Positions 46,547-50,761 of a stretch of 50,761 bases of DNA are shown here, piece after piece. A program made the translations under genes and the position numbers. Under the pieces are notes generated by a model that was given only the letters and a program-made list of their open reading frames with translations, was not told the DNA's origin and made no database searches. How positions within the stretch are numbered: position 1 is the stretch's first letter; each line of letters begins with the position of its first letter. Source of the stretch: Basidiobolus ranarum (Eukaryota); contig JASJQH010000017.1 of assembly GCA_040143965.1 (NCBI GenBank), positions 1-50,761 on the forward strand. Reading direction: 5' to 3'.

Positions 46547-49500
46547 ATGGATGATAGTTTCGTAAAGACTCCCGAAAGGGTCTTGTCAAGTTTCTCCGTG
46601 AAACCTGACCAAGGTCTCAGTACGGAAGAAGCCAATGTCCTACTCAAGAAGTACGGAAAGAACGAGTTGCCTGAAGAAGAATCCACACCGCTATGGGAAT
46701 TGATTCTTGAACAATTTAAAGATCAACTTGTAATTATTTTGTTAATCGCTGCCGCTATCTCTTTTGTATTGGCCTTTTTGGAAGAAGACAAAGATGAGTC
46801 TGGAACCGCTTTTGTTGAACCTATCGTAATTTTACTTATTTTGATCGCAAACGCCACCGTAGGCGTAATCCAAGAGTCTAACGCAGAGAAAGCCATTGAA
46901 GCCTTGAAGGAGTATTCCCCGGATGAAGCCCACGTCCTCCGTGATGGAAGAGTTAAAAAGATCAACGCTGTAGAGTTGGTCCCCGGTGATATTGTCAGTG
47001 TTTCCGTTGGTGATAAGATCCCAGCTGATTGCCGTGTTCTTGAAATCATTTCGAGCTCCATTCGTATTGATCAAGCAATTCTTACCGGTGAATCAGTCAG
47101 TGTCAACAAGCAAGTTGAAGCTATTGAAGATACCAGAGCTGTCAAGCAAGATCAACTTAACATTTTATTCTCTGGTACCACCGTTGTCCTTGGTAAAGCT
47201 AAAGCAGTCGTAGTTCAAACTGGATCTAACACCGCTATCGGAAACATTCATCACAGTATTACTTCCCAAGTCTCCGAGAAGACTCCTTTGAAGAAGAAGT
47301 TGGATGATTTCGGAGATTCTTTGGCCAAGGTTATTTCAGTTATTTGCATTTTGGTTTGGCTCGTCAATATTCGTCATTTCAACGATCCTTCCCATAATGG
47401 TTGGCTGAAAGGAGCTGTGTACTACTTCAAGATTGCTGTTGCTTTAGCCGTTGCCGCTATTCCTGAAGGTCTTGCCGTCATTATCACCACTTGTTTAGCT
47501 CTAGGAACCAAAAAGATGGCTAAGAAGAATGCTATTGTACGCTCCCTTCCTTCTGTAGAAACCTTAGGTTGTACCAGCGTCATCTGTTCTGATAAAACTG
47601 GTACCTTGACTACCAACCAAATGTCAGTTCAAAGAGTTTTAGTTGTCGAAAATGAACAAGGTCAGACCACTGAATACCATATTGACGGCACCAGCTATGC
47701 TCCTGAAGGATTAGTTAAGACTGCTCAAGGTGAAGTTATCCAAAATTTGGCTGGTACCTCACCAGTTATCAACGAACTTGCCGAAATTTGCTCTCTCTGT
47801 AATGATTCCAAGATTTCTTATGATAAGAACGCTAACCATTATACCAATATCGGAGAACCTACTGAGGCTGCTATGAAAGTTCTCGTTGAAAAATTGGGTA
47901 CCAACAACACCGGACTTTTCGAAAAACTTTCCCAAATGTCTAAGATCGATCGTGTTGCTGCTTGCAATGAATATATTGAAAAGAAAGCCAGTCGTCTTGC
48001 CACTTTTGAATTTTCTCGTGATCGTAAATCCATGTCTGTACTTGTCACTGTTGCAGGTCGTACTGCTGAAAATGAGGCATCTCTATACGTTAAGGGTGCT
48101 CCTGAATCCGTTTTGGAAAGATGTACCCGCGTTCGTCTTGGTTCTTCTAACTCTGAAGTCGAATTAACTCCACAAATCCGTGAGAGTATTCTTCGTAAAA
48201 TGAACGAATATGGTGGTAAGATGAGCTTAAGATGCCTTGGTTTAGCCTCAGTAAGTGGTGTTTCCGGTGATGTTTCCCAGTGGAACTTGAGAGATCCTTC
48301 AAAATTCATTCAACATGAACAAAACATGACTTTCGTCGGATTGGTTGGTATGATTGATCCCCCTCGCCCTGAAGTACGTGATGCTATCATGAAGTGCAAG
48401 ACTGCAGGTATTCGTGTCATTGTGATTACTGGTGATAACAAGAACACCGCTGAGGCTATTTGCCGTAAGATTGGTGTCTTTGACGAAGATGAAGATTTGG
48501 TTGGAAAATCTTACACTGGACGTGAATTTGATGATTTATCCATCCAGGAGAAGAAGAACGCTGTACTCCGTGCTAATTTGTTTTCCAGAACTGAACCAAC
48601 TCACAAGAGTGCTTTAGTCGATTTGTTGCAAAGTGCTGGACATGTGGTTGCTATGACTGGTGATGGCGTTAACGATGCTCCTGCCTTGAAAAAGGCTGAT
48701 ATCGGTATCGCTATGGGTACTGGTACTGATGTTGCCAAACTCGCTGCTGATATGGTCCTTGCTGATGATAACTTCGCTACTATTGAAAAGGCTGTTGAGG
48801 AAGGTCGTGCCATTTTCAACAACGTCAAGCAATTCATCCGTTACTTGATTAGTTCCAACATTGGTGAAGTAGTCAGTATTTTCTTGACTGTAATTCTTGG
48901 TATGCCTGAGGCTCTTATTCCTGTACAACTCTTGTGGGTCAATTTGGTTACTGATGGGTTACCTGCCACCGCCCTTGGCTTTAACCCACCTGACCATGAT
49001 ATCATGCAACAACCCCCTAGAAATGGTCGTGAACCTATTGTTGGTGGATGGATGTTTTTCCGTTACATGATCGTTGGTATTTATGTTGGTTGTGCCACTG
49101 TATTCGGTTATGCTTGGTGGTTCATGTTCTATCAGGGAGGACCTCAAATTAGCTTCTATGAGTTGACTCACTTCCATCAATGCAGCGAATTGTTCCCCGA
49201 AATTGGATGCAGCATGTTTACCAACTTGATGTCACATCGCGCCACCACCGTTAGTTTGTCTATCTTGGTTACTATTGAAATGTTCAACGCAGTCAACAGT
49301 CTCAGTGAAAATCAATCCATCTTCACCATGCCTCTTTGGAACAACATGTACCTTGTCGTCGCCATCATCATCTCCATGGCCCTCCATATGATGATTCTCT
49401 ATGTACCATTCTTTACCTCTTTGTTCTCTATCACTGCTCTTAACTGGGATGAGTGGCAAGCGGTATTGCTGATTTCGTTCCCCATCATCATCATTGATGA

Positions 49501-49561
49501 AGTCCTTAAATTTGTTAGTCGTACTTTCATCAGTCCACCTACCAAAGCCAAGATGGACTAG
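46547..49561 (+). CDS. SERCA-type P2A Ca2+-transporting ATPase, intronless
   Basis: Motifs [67 protein letters not shown] and TIEM are present, so both Ca2+ sites are retained. The C-terminal KAKMD fits a KxKxx ER-retrieval signal. Confidence 0.97.
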   Translation: MDDSFVKTPERVLSSFSVKPDQGLSTEEANVLLKKYGKNELPEEESTPLWELILEQFKDQLVIILLIAAAISFVLAFLEEDKDESGTAFVEPIVILLILIANATVGVIQESNAEKAIEALKEYSPDEAHVLRDGRVKKINAVELVPGDIVSVSVGDKIPADCRVLEIISSSIRIDQAILTGESVSVNKQVEAIEDTRAVKQDQLNILFSGTTVVLGKAKAVVVQTGSNTAIGNIHHSITSQVSEKTPLKKKLDDFGDSLAKVISVICILVWLVNIRHFNDPSHNGWLKGAVYYFKIAVALAVAAIPEGLAVIITTCLALGTKKMAKKNAIVRSLPSVETLGCTSVICSDKTGTLTTNQMSVQRVLVVENEQGQTTEYHIDGTSYAPEGLVKTAQGEVIQNLAGTSPVINELAEICSLCNDSKISYDKNANHYTNIGEPTEAAMKVLVEKLGTNNTGLFEKLSQMSKIDRVAACNEYIEKKASRLATFEFSRDRKSMSVLVTVAGRTAENEASLYVKGAPESVLERCTRVRLGSSNSEVELTPQIRESILRKMNEYGGKMSLRCLGLASVSGVSGDVSQWNLRDPSKFIQHEQNMTFVGLVGMIDPPRPEVRDAIMKCKTAGIRVIVITGDNKNTAEAICRKIGVFDEDEDLVGKSYTGREFDDLSIQEKKNAVLRANLFSRTEPTHKSALVDLLQSAGHVVAMTGDGVNDAPALKKADIGIAMGTGTDVAKLAADMVLADDNFATIEKAVEEGRAIFNNVKQFIRYLISSNIGEVVSIFLTVILGMPEALIPVQLLWVNLVTDGLPATALGFNPPDHDIMQQPPRNGREPIVGGWMFFRYMIVGIYVGCATVFGYAWWFMFYQGGPQISFYELTHFHQCSELFPEIGCSMFTNLMSHRATTVSLSILVTIEMFNAVNSLSENQSIFTMPLWNNMYLVVAIIISMALHMMILYVPFFTSLFSITALNWDEWQAVLLISFPIIIIDEVLKFVSRTFISPPTKAKMD

Positions 49562-50655
49562 AGGGGATCGACAGCCATTTAATCAACTGAAATTAGCTTG
49601 ATTTACTTGCTTTTTATAATCATACATTTTTTGTCCTTTAATTTCATGTCAAGTACATTACTTCACAAAACATCCCCGATCTTAATGTATTCCTACAAAG
49701 TCAGCCACCACTGCGGCACCACTAAATAAACCATTCATTTGATCCTATGTTATGTTGTACCAATATTGCTGCATCTATTTGCCACACACTGGGCCGTTAT
49801 TTGAAGCGGTTACTTGAGAGCTATAAGGCTTTAAAGGTTACGCTATTTAGTCAAGAATCTACGGAATCCGCATATATAGCAAGCCAGTATACTATTCAAG
49901 TCAACCACTGGACAATTTAGGAACCACCAACAGGCCATTGTGTTCGAAAAAGGAAAATCCACTGGAAACGCGTCCAAGTGTATCTGGATTAAATAACCAG
50001 TATCTTGGAGTGGAAGCGTAACATGTGCATTATCTTTTCTTATCCAAAGAACCACCCATTAACATCAGTGTGCGATCTAGTGTGCGATCAATAGTGGTGG
50101 TTGGTAACTATCAAGATCATCTAGTGACGTACGGAGTTAATTTAAGTAAGCATCAAACTAAATTGGGATGAGCCGGATTGAAATCACTTATCTGAATCGC
50201 TTCTACGAAACCAATAAAGACATGTGGATCTGACAGATTGCATACGCATGAATTCTTTGTTTACTTCTCGTATCTTAGTCACACAACCACGAAGGCGATG
50301 GCGATGGTGATGGTGATAGAGCCAGCTCAGATACGATACCTCTCACGCACGATACCTTTCAGGTTATGGCCGTAACTGACTTTTCTCCAATATTTTGGAA
50401 AACAAAGTCAGTAAGTATTTCATATCCAATGGAAAATCCTATCTAATTCAATCGATTTTTCGAACAGAATTTGCATACGAAAATGGTGCACAGTTGCTAA
50501 ATCAAGGGTTGAAAGTAATTCTTATCGTCAGTCTTTTCAGCATCTGGAATTTGATTGAAAAATCTGAAGGCCCAGATTCCAGCGTGAATCATATAAAAGT
50601 AGAAATCTGAATGAACTGTCAAGACAAGTTAGTTTACATCTAATTATAATTTAAC

Positions 50656-50761
50656 ATGGGTATTCTTGATATTGTTCCCGCTGGTGTTGTCACTGGTGAC
50701 AACCTTAGAAAGCTCTTCGACTATGCTCGTGAACACAAGTTCGCCATCCCCGCTGTCAACT
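50656..50761 (+). CDS. FBA1: Fructose-bisphosphate aldolase class II, 5' fragment, runs off the window end
   Basis: MGILDIVPAGVVTGDNLRKLFDYAREHKFAIPAVN matches the fungal Fba1 N-terminus. Confidence 0.92.
   Translation, partial: MGILDIVPAGVVTGDNLRKLFDYAREHKFAIPAVN

Noticed and set aside
46723-49459. Several antisense ORFs over SERCA
   Set aside because: These are shadow ORFs produced by the strong codon bias of the sense gene.

Overview
This is gene-dense, AT-rich eukaryotic DNA with many short (~50-90 nt) spliceosomal introns. Gene content points to an early-diverging fungus (Zoopagomycota/Mucoromycota-like, possibly Basidiobolus; this placement is inference). I assembled 22 protein-coding genes by hand across introns: EFR3 (partial), secreted dipeptidyl-peptidase V, a Pcl-type cyclin, NF-YC/HAP5, dUTPase, TMEM14, Integrator subunit 4, DNAJC11, an FlbC-like C2H2 factor, DPB4/POLE3, TIM23, an HEXXH metalloprotease-like protein, a WD40 protein, NTAQ1, SKP1, PTC7, an LRR transmembrane protein, a PL38-like polysaccharide lyase, Mediator Med5, a Ser-rich hypothetical protein, an intronless SERCA and FBA1 (partial). 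I recognised no rRNA, tRNA, CRISPR array or intact mobile element. The most notable observations are: (1) an 8-exon gene the ORF track misses, encoding a plant-type LRR receptor-like protein with one LRR per ~72-nt phase-2 exon, a transmembrane helix and a disordered tail, next to a probably GPI-anchored uronate lyase; (2) a textbook U12 minor-spliceosome intron in DPB4; (3) INTS4 and NTAQ1, genes lost in model yeasts; (4) an HPN in place of HPD in the DNAJC11 J-domain; (5) a GC-AG intron, microexons and an in-frame retainable intron; and (6) many short tandem duplications in non-coding DNA. Exon coordinates were read by eye and family assignments come from recalled motifs; no searches were run.
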